Positions 22,146-33,949 are shown, counted from the stretch's first letter. The stretch is DNA of 64,000 bases from Longimicrobiales bacterium (GCA_965203485.1 OZ241892.1:1792001-1856000), one strand, 5' to 3'. Notes: a model not told the origin generated them from the sequence alone. Numbers and translations are program-made.

Positions 22146-22990
22146 AAGCGCACCGGGCCGTGTTTCCCGTGCGCGCGATGTGCCGCGTCCTCGGTCTCTC
22201 CCCGAGCGGCTTCTATGCATGGCTGAAGCGTCCCCGATCGGCGAGCGCGTTGCGCGACGACGCGTTGCGCGTCTTGGTGCGCCGCAGCTGGGAAGCGAGC
22301 CGGCGGACGTACGGGCGACCGCGCATCCACGCCGATCTCGCGGCCTGGGGCGAGCGCGTCGGTCCGAAGCGCGTCGCCCGCCTCATGCGCGAGGAGGGCA
22401 TCGAAGGCGCGAGCCGCAGGCGCCGCAAGGTGGCGCTGACGGTGCGCGACGCCCACGCGCGCCCGGCTCCGGACTTGGTCGAGCGCGACTTCAGCGCCGA
22501 AGGCCCCGACCAGCTCTGGGTCGCCGACATCACGTACGTGCCGGCCGGGGCCGGATGGCTCTACCTGGCGGTCGTCGTCGACGCCTGGAGCCGCCGCGTC
22601 GTCGGCTGGGCCATGGAGACGCACCTGCGCGGCGAACTCGTCGAGCGCGCGCTCGCCATGGCCGTCGAGAACCGCAGTCCAGAGACCGTGATCCATCACT
22701 CGGACCAGGGGTCGCAGTACACGTCCTGGGCGTTCGGCGAGCGGTGCAGGAAGGCCGGCGTGCGTCGCTCGACGGGCTCGGTGGGCGACGCCTACGACAA
22801 CGCGATGTGCGAGAGCTTCTTCGCCACGTTGGAATGCGAGTTGCTGGACCGTTGCCAGTTCACAAGTCCGGCCGAAGCCCGGCGCGCCGTCTTCGCCTTC
22901 ATCGAAGGCTTCTACAACTCGCGGCGCCGACACTCGGCGCTCGGCTACGAATCCCCCGCCGGCTTCGAGCGCAAGCGTGCGGTCGCGTAA
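22142..22990 (+). CDS. IS3 transposase OrfB, copy 2
   Basis: Identical translation to copy 1; DDE motifs present. Confidence 0.95.
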   Translation: MKAHRAVFPVRAMCRVLGLSPSGFYAWLKRPRSASALRDDALRVLVRRSWEASRRTYGRPRIHADLAAWGERVGPKRVARLMREEGIEGASRRRRKVALTVRDAHARPAPDLVERDFSAEGPDQLWVADITYVPAGAGWLYLAVVVDAWSRRVVGWAMETHLRGELVERALAMAVENRSPETVIHHSDQGSQYTSWAFGERCRKAGVRRSTGSVGDAYDNAMCESFFATLECELLDRCQFTSPAEARRAVFAFIEGFYNSRRRHSALGYESPAGFERKRAVA

Positions 22991-23716
22991 AGTGCACCGA
23001 CCCCCTCGACACGAGACCGTTCGGCGCCCTTGCGCCTCCGTCCTTCCTAAAGTCATGTTTCACATTGCACCATCTGAACCCAAGATCCTTGCCCGTCCAC
23101 CATACCGGGGCAACTCCATCTTGCCAGTGTGGGCGTTGGCACGATTCGGGAAGACGATGCTCGCCGCCGGAGCTACGGAATGAACTGGAAGATGACGGCC
23201 AAGACGATCCTGATGCAACTTCATCACAAGATTAGAACATTCGAAGCGATCGGCAAGAAACTTGTTCTTGTTGTTCAAGATCATTTGTTGCGATATCTCC
23301 GCATGGAATTCAACTTTTCGCATATTGAGGAAGCTCATCAGAGTGATTCGATGCATTTTCATGCTTATGAGATGAATCTTGGCGCCGACGGCGACTACGA
23401 TCTGCAACTACGCATGCGGGCGAGCACAGATTCCGAGGGCATAGCCGCATGCCTCGGACTCAAGGCAGAGCCAGACGTGGGGCTGGAGAAGATCATCCGC
23501 CAGCTGGAAGACAAAATGTCCGACCGCACGCTGGTTCGCATGGATTCATAGGATGTGCAGGGGCGGCGGATCGGGAACTGCCGTGCAGAATCACCTTCGA
23601 TCCGTACGACAGATGTCTGGGCAAAATCGCCCGCCGCAATGGCCGTCCTTGGTCCCGAGGCGTTTCCCGACCCGGGAGGCGACTCGGGGCCACCGCACCC
23701 CGCCGCCCGCCAAGAA

Positions 23717-23817
23717 CCTGCCAAAATGGCAGGATCGGTGCCCTTCCAACCCCCAAGACCTGCCAAAATGGCAGGAGCCAAGCCGTCCGACGGCGCCGAG
23801 TCTGCCAAAATGGCAGG
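23717..23817. promoter_or_regulatory. Three phased palindromes (C/T)CTGCCA-AAA-TGGCAGG at 23717, 23759 and 23801, putative activator (UAS) sites
   Basis: Directly visible; 42-bp period with unrelated sequence between the copies. Confidence 0.75.
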
Positions 23818-23845
23818 AATTGGCCGTCCGCACTGAGCGAATCGT

Positions 23846-23861
23846 GGGCACGTTCCTTGCA
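23846..23861 (+). promoter_or_regulatory. Putative sigma54 (-24/-12) promoter of dnaK
   Basis: GGGCACGTTCCTTGCA matches TGGCACG-N4-TTGCW with exact GG-N10-GC spacing. Confidence 0.75.
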
Positions 23862-23993
23862 CGGTTGCGCCCGCGAGGGCCGGCGCATGGACAGTCCAAG
23901 CGCGTCGGCCGCAATCCGCGCCCCGGCCGCCATTTCGCAAAGGAGCCGAGCGCGCGCGAGCACACCGAACGCGAGCAAGGGACGAGGAGGCAC

Positions 23994-25961
<1,968 letters not shown>

Positions 25962-26074
25962 GCGGGAGGGACGCGCGGCGGGCGCGCGGGGACGCGGACT
26001 TGCCGGGAAGGGAGACACCGGCTTTTCGCGACGGCGGCAGGTCGCCTGCCCGGAAGGACGGAGGGCGGGCGCTG

Positions 26075-26119
26075 GCAACCCTCGGGCCCCGTCGCGCGTC
26101 CTTGTTGCATTGGTAGACT
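26075..26119 (+). promoter_or_regulatory. Candidate ECF-sigma promoter (GCAACC-N16-CGTC) and extended -10 (TGGTAGACT) upstream of degP
   Basis: AAC-N17-CGT spacing at 26077-26099; TGnTAGACT at 26111-26119. Confidence 0.35.
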
Positions 26120-26225
26120 TAAGGGGCTCATGGGCGGCGCCGACGGCGGTTCGCGCGGCCAGGGTGGAGCGCGTGGGGCGCCCCGAGCGCGCTGGTTCGG
26201 GGCAAGGAACACCAAGGAGAGAGCG

Positions 26226-27770
26226 ATGTACGACCCTCTGAAGGCGAAGGCGAAGGTGGCGTTGTCCGTGGCCGCGTCGTTCGTGCTCGGGCTGGCCCTG
26301 GCGGCGCAGCTGGGATTCGCGGCGCCCCCGGCCGTCTCGGGGATCGACAGCAGCCCGCGGGTGGCCGACGCTCAGGTTCAGCCCGCGCTGGACTTGAGCG
26401 AGGCGTTCGTCAACATTGCGGACGCGGTGGTGCCGTCGGTGGTGCGGATCGAGGTGCCGAGGCAGCAGGAGCGGCAACTCTCGGCCCTGGAGCAGTTCTT
26501 CGGCGCGCCGCAGCAGCGCGGCCCGCCGGACATCAGCGTCGGCGGCGGAAGCGGGTTCGTCGCGTCGGCCGACGGCTACGTGCTCACGAACAACCACGTG
26601 GTCAAGGACGCCGAGAGCATCACGGTGGCGCTTCCCGACGGGCGCTCGTTCGCGGCGGAGTTCGTGGGCGGCGACCCCACGACCGACGTGGCGGTCGTGA
26701 AGATCGCCGGCGACGACTTGCCGGTGGCGTCGCTGGGGGTCTCGTCGGACGTGCGGGTGGGCGAATGGGTGCTGGCTATCGGCAACCCGGGGTTCACCGG
26801 GCGCCAGGACGCGCTCGACTACTCGGTCACGGCCGGCATCGTGTCGGCGCTCGGGCGCCCGCTGGGCCTGATCCGGCTCGACCTCATCCGCGATCCGGAC
26901 GCTCAGGGCGACCTGGCCGCCTTCGCCATCGAGGACTTCATTCAGACCGACGCCGTGATCAACCCCGGCAACTCGGGCGGGCCCATGGTCAACCTGCGCG
27001 GGCAGGTGATCGGCATCAACTCGGCGATCTACACGCGCACCGGCTACTACCAGGGCTACGGCTTCGCGATTCCAATCGATCTTGCGCACCGGGTCATGCA
27101 GGACCTCGTCGCATACGGCCACGTGCGGCGCGCTTTTCTCGGGGTCAACATCGCGCCGGTGGGACCCGAGGACGCGGAGTGGTACGGCTTGCCCGAGGTT
27201 GCCGGCGCCCTGGTCCAGAACGTCACGCCGGGGACGCCGGCCGAGGCGGCGGGCTTGCGCCAGCACGACGTGATCACCGCGCTCGACGGAGAACCCGTGC
27301 GGTCCTCCAACGACCTGCAGCGCAAGATCGCCTTGCAGGCCCCCGGAGAGCGCGTGGCCCTCGAGGTCTACCGGGAGCGGCGGGCGACCCAGGTCGAGGT
27401 GCGCCTCGAGCAGGCGCCGTTCTCGCGGCAGACCGTCGAAGCGCCCGCGCCCAGGGCCCGTCCGGCCGAGAAGATCGGCATCGAGGTGACCGGCATCACG
27501 CCGTCGATCGCGCGCGAGCTGGGACTCGACAGCGCCGAAGGCGTCGTCGTCGAGGACGTGCAGACGGGCGGTCCGGCCCACCGGCGGGGGCTGGGGCCGC
27601 GCTGCGTGATCCACGACGTGAACCGGCGGACGATCAAGGACATCGACGACCTGGACGACGAGTTCCGCCGCGCGGGGGCGGGCGACGTGCTGTCGTTGCT
27701 GGCCAGCTGTCCCTCCGGCCGGGGCGGCCGCACGGGTCCGCAGGTCTACAACATCCGAGTGCCGCGGTAG
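26226..27770 (+). CDS. degP: Do/DegP (HtrA) periplasmic serine protease with two PDZ domains
   Basis: AAGGAG RBS; GSGF, TNNHVV, TDVAV and QTDAVINPGNSGGP; two PDZ domains. Confidence 0.92.
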   Translation: MYDPLKAKAKVALSVAASFVLGLALAAQLGFAAPPAVSGIDSSPRVADAQVQPALDLSEAFVNIADAVVPSVVRIEVPRQQERQLSALEQFFGAPQQRGPPDISVGGGSGFVASADGYVLTNNHVVKDAESITVALPDGRSFAAEFVGGDPTTDVAVVKIAGDDLPVASLGVSSDVRVGEWVLAIGNPGFTGRQDALDYSVTAGIVSALGRPLGLIRLDLIRDPDAQGDLAAFAIEDFIQTDAVINPGNSGGPMVNLRGQVIGINSAIYTRTGYYQGYGFAIPIDLAHRVMQDLVAYGHVRRAFLGVNIAPVGPEDAEWYGLPEVAGALVQNVTPGTPAEAAGLRQHDVITALDGEPVRSSNDLQRKIALQAPGERVALEVYRERRATQVEVRLEQAPFSRQTVEAPAPRARPAEKIGIEVTGITPSIARELGLDSAEGVVVEDVQTGGPAHRRGLGPRCVIHDVNRRTIKDIDDLDDEFRRAGAGDVLSLLASCPSGRGGRTGPQVYNIRVPR

Positions 27771-27952
27771 CGCGACGCGCGACGCGCGACGCGGTCCGGC
27801 GAGGGCGCAGGCGACGCGGGCCGCGGGCTGGTCCAATGCTGGAGCGGGCACTCCCCGGGGCACGTAGGCGGGGCGGCGTTACCTTACATGGTTGCCGCCG
27901 TCGGTGCGGCGGGAAGCCGCCGGAGCAGTCTTTCGCTTCGGCGCTCACGGGA

Positions 27953-28035
27953 GCGAAAGTGGCGAAACTGGCAGACGCGCAAGATTTAGGATCTTGTGGC
28001 CCTTGGCCGTGGGGGTTCGAGTCCCCCCTTTCGCA
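27953..28035 (+). tRNA. tRNA-Leu(TAG)
   Basis: Acceptor GCGAAAG/CTTTCGC-A, anticodon arm CAAGA-TT TAG GA-TCTTG, long variable arm, GGTTCGAGTCC T-loop; CCA not encoded. Confidence 0.96.
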
Positions 28036-28199
28036 TGCCGCGGCGCTCGTCCGCGGGCCGCGGCCGCCCGGCGCGTGCCTTGGCCGGTGGGCCGGGCCGC
28101 AGCTCCGCTCGCCGCGCGCCGCTCCGTGACGGTTTCCCACCGGTCTCCGGCGGCTGGCGGTCCCCTTGCCCGCCCCGGCTCCGCGTCGCGGCAGTCCCG

Positions 28200-29528
28200 T
28201 TGAGCGGCCAGGAGTTCGACGTGACCGTCACCGAAGGAGAGCGGTGCCGGCGCACGCTCGCGGCCAGAGTGCCGGCGGACGTCGTCGCCCGGCAGAAGAA
28301 CGGCGTCGCCCACCGGCTGGCGTCGCGCGTCAAGCTGAAGGGCTTCCGCTCCGGCAAGGCGTCGGTGCGAATCGTCGAACAGCGCTTCGGGGACGAGATC
28401 GAGCGGCAGACCGTCGACCAGCTGGTGCGGCGCGTCTTTAGGGATGCCGTCGCGGCGCACGGCCTCGAGCCCGCCTCGGACGCGGAGGTGGACAACGTGC
28501 GCGAGGAACCGGGCGGCGGCATGTCCTTCCAGCTGTCCTTCGACGTGCAGCCCACCGTGGTGCTCCAGCGTTTGGGAGGGTTTCGGGTCGAGCGGCCGGA
28601 GCCGCCCGCCGCAGACCTGCTCGTGGACCGCTTTCTGGAGGAGCGCAGGGCCGACCACGCGACGTGGACGCCGCAGGAGGGCAAGCCTCGGGACGGCGAT
28701 TCCGTGACCGTGGAGATCGCGCGCGTCGCAGAAGACGCCGGGAGGCCGGGCGCGACGGTTCGGCCGTCCGGCGACGACGGAGAGGACCAGAGTGCGCAAG
28801 CGTCGGCGGACGCGTCGTCCCGCCGCTACGACTTCGTGATCGGACGCGACCAGGCGTTGCCCGCAATCGAGGATGCGGTGCGGACGCTCGTGCCGGGGAC
28901 GACCGGCGAGTTCGCCGTGGCGCTTCCCCCCGGGCGGGCGGACGAGGCGCTGCGGGGTCCGCCCACGCCGACGGACCTCCGAATCGCGCTCGTGGAGCGG
29001 CGCGCGCCCGTGCTGCCCGCGCTCGACGACACCTTCGCCCAGGACGTGGCCGGTTGCCCTCTCGAGGAATGGAAGGGGCACCTGCGCAAGCGGTTCGGGG
29101 AGGCCGCCGAGCGCGAAGCCGACGCGGTGGCCCACGAAAAGCTCGTGGAGCTGGTCGTCGACGCCAACGACTTCGAAGTGCCGGACTCGCTCGTCGACGC
29201 CTGCGCGGACGCCATGCTCGGCCCAGCTTCGGACATGGACCCAAAGGTGCGCGAGGACCTTCGGCGGCAGATCCGTCCAAAGGCCGAGTTCGTGGTGAAG
29301 CGCCGCCTGGTCCTTTCGCGCATAGCGGACGAGCACGGCCTCCGCGCGCGCAAGGCCGAGGTGGACGCTTACGTGCAGGACTTGGCGGAGACGTCGGACG
29401 AATCGCTGGCCGTCACAAAGGCCGGCCTGCGCAAGAGCGGCGCGATGAGCCACATCGAACGAATGATCACAACGAAGAACGTGTCCGAGTTCTTGGGGCG
29501 CCAGTCCGAGATCACCCGAGCAGCCTGA
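28200..29528 (+). CDS. tig: Trigger factor (start approximate)
   Basis: LKGFRSGKA ribosome-binding motif, FDVQP, LPALDDTFA and FEVPDSLV; lies between tRNA-Leu and clpP. Confidence 0.88.
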   Translation: MSGQEFDVTVTEGERCRRTLAARVPADVVARQKNGVAHRLASRVKLKGFRSGKASVRIVEQRFGDEIERQTVDQLVRRVFRDAVAAHGLEPASDAEVDNVREEPGGGMSFQLSFDVQPTVVLQRLGGFRVERPEPPAADLLVDRFLEERRADHATWTPQEGKPRDGDSVTVEIARVAEDAGRPGATVRPSGDDGEDQSAQASADASSRRYDFVIGRDQALPAIEDAVRTLVPGTTGEFAVALPPGRADEALRGPPTPTDLRIALVERRAPVLPALDDTFAQDVAGCPLEEWKGHLRKRFGEAAEREADAVAHEKLVELVVDANDFEVPDSLVDACADAMLGPASDMDPKVREDLRRQIRPKAEFVVKRRLVLSRIADEHGLRARKAEVDAYVQDLAETSDESLAVTKAGLRKSGAMSHIERMITTKNVSEFLGRQSEITRAA

Positions 29529-29555
29529 TTTTCTCCAGGCGGAGACCTGAACGCC

Positions 29556-30164
29556 ATGCCGACCTTCCCTCCCTACGTCATCGAGCGAACCAGCAGGGGC
29601 GAGCGAAGCTACGACATATTCAGCCGCCTTCTCATGGACAGAATCGTGTTCCTGGGAAGCTCGGTCAACGACGACGTGGCGAACATCGTGGTCGCCCAGC
29701 TTCTGTTCTTGGCCGCCGACGATCCCGAGCGCGAGATCTCCCTCTACATCAACTCGCCGGGCGGCAACGTGTACGCGGGCCTCGCCATCTACGACACGAT
29801 GAACCACTTGCGGGCGCCCGTCTCCACGTACTGCGTGGGCATGGCCGCTTCGATGGCGGCGCTGCTGCTGTCGGCCGGCGCGAAGGGACGGCGCAACGCG
29901 CTGCCGAGTTCGCGCATCATGCTGCACCAGCCGTCCTCGGGCTATCAGGGCACGGCGGCGGACATCGAGATCGCGGCGAACGAAGTGCTCGACACGAGGA
30001 AGCGGCTGAACCGAATCCTGTCCGAGACCACGGGCAAGCCCGTGGAAGACATCAACGCGGACGTGGACCGCGACCGGTGGATGAGCGCCGAGGACGCGGT
30101 CGAGTACGGTCTGGTGGATCGAGTGCTGTTGCGCGACGGACACGACGGCAAGCGCGAGCGCTAG
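29556..30164 (+). CDS. clpP: ATP-dependent Clp protease proteolytic subunit
   Basis: [21 protein letters not shown] and MLHQP. Confidence 0.97.
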   Translation: MPTFPPYVIERTSRGERSYDIFSRLLMDRIVFLGSSVNDDVANIVVAQLLFLAADDPEREISLYINSPGGNVYAGLAIYDTMNHLRAPVSTYCVGMAASMAALLLSAGAKGRRNALPSSRIMLHQPSSGYQGTAADIEIAANEVLDTRKRLNRILSETTGKPVEDINADVDRDRWMSAEDAVEYGLVDRVLLRDGHDGKRER

Positions 30165-30174
30165 GGGGAGACGA

Positions 30175-31431
30175 GTGCCCACCGACAAGCACCTGCGCTG
30201 CAGCTTCTGCGGCAAGTCGAAGGAGTCGGTGAAGAAGTTCATCTCGGGACCCTCGGTCTACATCTGCAACGAGTGCGTTTCGCTGTGCAACGAGATTCTG
30301 GCGGAGGAAGAGGAGCGCGAGACGCAGCAGGAGCCCCGCGCGACGCTGACGCCGGAAGAGATCAAGGAGTTGCTCGACGACTACGTGATCGGCCAAGAAG
30401 AAGCCAAGAAGTCCCTCGCCGTCGCCGTGTACAATCACTACCGCCGGGTGAACGCCAAGGGCGTGCTCGACGAGGTCGAGGTCGACAAGTCCAACCTGCT
30501 GCTGGTCGGTCCGACCGGCGTCGGCAAGACGCTGTTGGCTCAGACGCTGGCGCGTATCCTGCAGGTGCCGTTCACGATCGCCGACGCCACGACGCTGACC
30601 GAGGCCGGCTACGTGGGCGAGGACGTCGAGAACATTCTCGTGCGGCTCCTTCAGGTGGCCGACTTCAATCTGGCCAACTGCGAACAGGGCATCGTCTACA
30701 TCGACGAACTCGACAAGGTGGCCCGCAAGTCGGAGAATCCTTCCATCACCAGGGACGTGTCGGGCGAGGGCGTGCAGCAGGCGCTCCTCAAGATCCTCGA
30801 AGGCACGACCGCCAGCGTGCCGCCCCGCGGAGGGCGCAAGCATCCGCAGCAGGAATACATCCAGGTCAACACTCGCAACGTGCTGTTCATCTGCGGAGGT
30901 GCCTTCGACGGAATCGAAGAGATCATCGAACGACGCATAGGACGCCGCACGATCGGCTTCGCCAAGGAGGAGCAGGCCGGCGACGCGCCGCTTTCGCGCG
31001 AAGGCGGCGACGAGGACCCGATGCGGCATCTCGAGCCCGAGGACCTTCAGCGCTTCGGATTGATCCCGGAACTCGTGGGCCGGTTGCCCGTGACGGTGGC
31101 GCTGGACGACCTGGACGAGGCGGCGCTCGTGCGCATCCTGCAGGAACCGAAGAACGCTCTCGTCAAGCAGTACAAGAAGATGTTCGAACTGGACGGCATC
31201 GGATTGACGTTCGATCCGGGGGCTCTGCGCGCAATCGCGAAGCTCACCCTCGAACGCACCACGGGAGCGCGGGGGCTTCGAGCGGTTCTCGAGAAGATCA
31301 TGCGCGACGTGATGTACGAGCTGCCGTCTCGAAGCGACGTGAAGGAAGTGGTGGTCACCCCCGAATGCGTGACGAACGGAATTCCGCCGCTCCTGGTCCT
31401 GCGTCCGGAGGCTCGGAGAAAAGAAGCCTGA
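30175..31431 (+). CDS. clpX: ATP-dependent Clp protease ATP-binding subunit
   Basis: CSFCGK...ICNECV Zn finger, [19 protein letters not shown] loop and IGF loop. Confidence 0.98.
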   Translation: MPTDKHLRCSFCGKSKESVKKFISGPSVYICNECVSLCNEILAEEEERETQQEPRATLTPEEIKELLDDYVIGQEEAKKSLAVAVYNHYRRVNAKGVLDEVEVDKSNLLLVGPTGVGKTLLAQTLARILQVPFTIADATTLTEAGYVGEDVENILVRLLQVADFNLANCEQGIVYIDELDKVARKSENPSITRDVSGEGVQQALLKILEGTTASVPPRGGRKHPQQEYIQVNTRNVLFICGGAFDGIEEIIERRIGRRTIGFAKEEQAGDAPLSREGGDEDPMRHLEPEDLQRFGLIPELVGRLPVTVALDDLDEAALVRILQEPKNALVKQYKKMFELDGIGLTFDPGALRAIAKLTLERTTGARGLRAVLEKIMRDVMYELPSRSDVKEVVVTPECVTNGIPPLLVLRPEARRKEA

Positions 31432-31435
31432 GCGG

Positions 31436-33949
31436 ATGGCGACGCTGCGCCGGGTAGACGGGTCGCTGTCTGTTCCTGCCGAACTCCCGGTCATCGCGTT
31501 GCGGGACTTGGTGTACTTCCCGTACATGGTGTTGCCGCTTCTCATCGGACGCCCTCGGTCGGTCGCCGCGCTGAGCCTCGCCGAGGAAGGCGACGGCTTG
31601 GCGCTGGTGGCGGCCCAGAAGGACTCGGAGGTGGCCGACCCCGGCGAAGAGGACATCTACCGGTCGGGAACCGTGGTGCGCGTCCTGCAGACGTCGCGCT
31701 TGGCGGACGGAACCGCGCGCGTGGTGCTGGAGGGCCTGGGCCGCGCCCGCATCGAAGCCTATGTGCGCGGCGGAGAAGGACTGCGCGCCGCAGTGGCGCT
31801 GCTCTCGGAGTGGGAGCAGGAGCGGGGCGAGGCGGCGGGGCCGGGCGAGCTGACGATCGAGTCGCCCGGCGTGCAGGAAGTGAAGAAGCTGTTCGCCGAG
31901 TACGCGCGGCTCGCGGAGCAAGTCCCCACGGAGGTCGGCGGAATGGCCGCCGAAGTCGCGGACTGCGTGCAGCTGGGACACGTGATCGCCGGGCATCTGC
32001 TCGTCGGGGCGGCCGAGAAGCAGGAGATTCTGGAGACGGGCGACGTCGGCCGGCGCTTCGGGGCGCTGCGCGAGATCCTGGTCCGGGAAGTGGAGATCCT
32101 GCGCATCCAGGCCAAGCTGAGCGGGCGTCTCGGCTTGCGCGGCGAACGCGGAGGACCCGAGCTGTTCCTGGAGGAGCTGGGCGAGATCGCGAGCGCGCCC
32201 CCGCCCGAGTGGAAGGAACTCGCGCGGGCCGTGGCGGAGGCCGACCTGCCCCCGCACGCCAGGGAACGGGCGGACCGGGAGATCGAGCGGCTGGGGAAGC
32301 TGAACCCGGTCGCCCCCGAGGCGTCGGTCGTGCGCGCTTACCTAGAGTGGATCACGGAGTTGCCGTGGCGCCGCGAGACCGACGACAACCAGGACATCGG
32401 CCACGCCGCCGCCGTGCTGGACGCGGAGCACTACGGACTGCGCGAAGTCAAGGAACGCATCCTCGACCACATCGCAGTGCTGTCGCTCGCCGGCACGTTG
32501 CCCGGACCGATCCTGTTTCTGGTGGGGCCTCCAGGGGTGGGCAAGACCTCGCTCGGGCGCAGCATAGCCAACTGCCTGGAGCGCAAGTTCGCGCGCGTGA
32601 GCTTGGGCGGCGTGCGCGACGAGGCGGAGATCCGAGGTCACCGGCGTACCTACGTGGGCGCGCTGCCGGGGCGCATCGTCCAGGGGATTCGCAAGGCCCG
32701 GTCGCGCAACCCGGTCTTCTTGCTGGACGAAGTGGACAAGCTGGCCCGCGACTTCCACGGCGACCCGGCGGCGGCGTTGCTGGAGGTGCTCGATCCCGAG
32801 CAGAACCGGACGTTCGCGGACCACTACCTGGAGCTGGAGTTCGACCTCTCGCAAGTGCTGTTCATCGCCACGGCCAACACCCTGAGCGAAGTGCCGGGAC
32901 CGTTGCGCGACCGAATGGAGGTCATTCGCCTGCCCGGCTACCTCGACACGGAGAAGAAGGCGATCGCGCGCCAGTTCCTGTGGCCGAAGCTGGTGTCGCG
33001 CCACGGAATAGCGCCCTATTCGCCCGAAGTCTCCGACGGCGCGATCGAGGAGATCGTCGCCAGCTACACCCGCGAGGCTGGAGTGCGCGAGCTGGAGAGG
33101 CGGCTGTCGCGCGTCGCCCGCAAGCTGGCGCGCAGAGTCGCAGACGAGGCGTCCGCCCGGTGGCCAAGCGGCGCGGGCGCGGCCAAAGCCCGTCCCGAGC
33201 GCGTGGAGGCGTCGGCGCCGACGTCCGCCAGCCGCTCGAGCGCCGAGGCCCGCCCCGAGCGCGTGGAGGCGTCCCATCTTGCGAAGCTTCTCGGGCCGCC
33301 CGCCTACGTCCCGGCCGAGGCCGGCGGAGGATCGGACCGGCGCGGAATCGCCAGGGGGCTGTCCTGGACGGCGGCGGGCGGCGAGGTGATCGACGTGGAG
33401 GTGGCCGTCGTGCCCGGGTCGGGCAAGATCCAGCTGACCGGCACGCTGGGCGAGGTGATGAAGGAGTCGGCGTTCGCGGCCGTCACGTACGCCCGGTCCA
33501 GGGCCCGCGTCCTGGGGCTCTCGGAACGCTTCCACAAGGCGATGGATCTGCACATTCACATCCCCGAAGGGGCCACGCCGAAGGACGGGCCGTCGGCGGG
33601 CATAACGATCGCGGTCGCGCTCGTCTCGGCGCTCACCAACACGCCTACGCGGGCCGACGTGGCCATGACGGGCGAGATCACGCTGCGCGGGCGGGTGCTG
33701 GTCGTGGGCGGCGTCCGCGAGAAGGCCGTCGCGGCGTTGCGGGCGGGGGTGAAGCGGGTGCTGCTGCCCGTCGCGAACGCCCCGGACGCTGGTCGGTTGC
33801 CGTCGGAGGTGCGCGAGCAGGTGGAGCTTGTGCCGGTCGAGACGATGGAGCATGTGCTGCGCGAGGCGTTGGGGGCGCGGATGGAGGCGGCGCGGCCGGG
33901 GCGGGACAGCGTGGCGCTCGGGGCCGGCGTCGCGGCGGGCGTGTCGTGA
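31436..33949 (+). CDS. lon: Lon (endopeptidase La)
   Basis: LON N-domain, GPPGVGKTS, RRTYVGALPG, PKDGPSAG and catalytic Lys in GGVREK. Confidence 0.96.
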   Translation: MATLRRVDGSLSVPAELPVIALRDLVYFPYMVLPLLIGRPRSVAALSLAEEGDGLALVAAQKDSEVADPGEEDIYRSGTVVRVLQTSRLADGTARVVLEGLGRARIEAYVRGGEGLRAAVALLSEWEQERGEAAGPGELTIESPGVQEVKKLFAEYARLAEQVPTEVGGMAAEVADCVQLGHVIAGHLLVGAAEKQEILETGDVGRRFGALREILVREVEILRIQAKLSGRLGLRGERGGPELFLEELGEIASAPPPEWKELARAVAEADLPPHARERADREIERLGKLNPVAPEASVVRAYLEWITELPWRRETDDNQDIGHAAAVLDAEHYGLREVKERILDHIAVLSLAGTLPGPILFLVGPPGVGKTSLGRSIANCLERKFARVSLGGVRDEAEIRGHRRTYVGALPGRIVQGIRKARSRNPVFLLDEVDKLARDFHGDPAAALLEVLDPEQNRTFADHYLELEFDLSQVLFIATANTLSEVPGPLRDRMEVIRLPGYLDTEKKAIARQFLWPKLVSRHGIAPYSPEVSDGAIEEIVASYTREAGVRELERRLSRVARKLARRVADEASARWPSGAGAAKARPERVEASAPTSASRSSAEARPERVEASHLAKLLGPPAYVPAEAGGGSDRRGIARGLSWTAAGGEVIDVEVAVVPGSGKIQLTGTLGEVMKESAFAAVTYARSRARVLGLSERFHKAMDLHIHIPEGATPKDGPSAGITIAVALVSALTNTPTRADVAMTGEITLRGRVLVVGGVREKAVAALRAGVKRVLLPVANAPDAGRLPSEVREQVELVPVETMEHVLREALGARMEAARPGRDSVALGAGVAAGVS
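33182..33273 (+). repeat. In-frame 32-bp direct repeat (60-bp period) inside lon, A(K/E)ARPERVEAS twice
   Basis: 33182-33213 vs 33242-33273, 29/32 identical. Confidence 0.85.

Larger units (their letters stand above)
21773..23118 (+). mobile_element. IS3-family insertion sequence, copy 2 (1346 bp, inverted relative to copy 1)
   Basis: Same IRs and identical ORF translations as copy 1; target duplication TCT (21770-21772 / 23119-23121). Confidence 0.97.
21348..23551 (+). pseudogene. NotI-family Type II restriction endonuclease split by an IS3 copy (pieces 21348-21772 and 23122-23551)
   Basis: ATG overlaps the MTase stop (ATGA). Cys4 pattern CPF..SCIK..GTCS..ICPLR and catalytic-type IDYVL...DFVGIELQALD. 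Removing the IS plus one TCT copy restores ...QRFL-ASVGVG...YGMNWK..., 284 aa. Confidence 0.85.

Noticed and set aside
19457..23056. 443/444-aa ORFs antisense to the IS transposases, and the 261-aa extension of copy-1 OrfA
   Set aside because: Shadow frames of the IS; the extension is antisense to the MTase and has no RBS, whereas OrfA has a strong one at its own ATG.
23717..23817. Mini-CRISPR reading of the three palindromes with unique spacers
   Set aside because: Repeats (17-18 bp) and spacers (about 24 bp) are too short, there are no cas genes, and the position directly before a sigma54 promoter fits activator sites better.
27771..27791. (CGCGACG)x3 after the degP stop
   Set aside because: Short GC microsatellite in an intergenic region with no evident function.
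27953..28035. tRNA-Leu or tmRNA as an integration site for the islands
   Set aside because: No duplicated 3' end (att) and no integrase seen; both RNAs are flanked by housekeeping genes.
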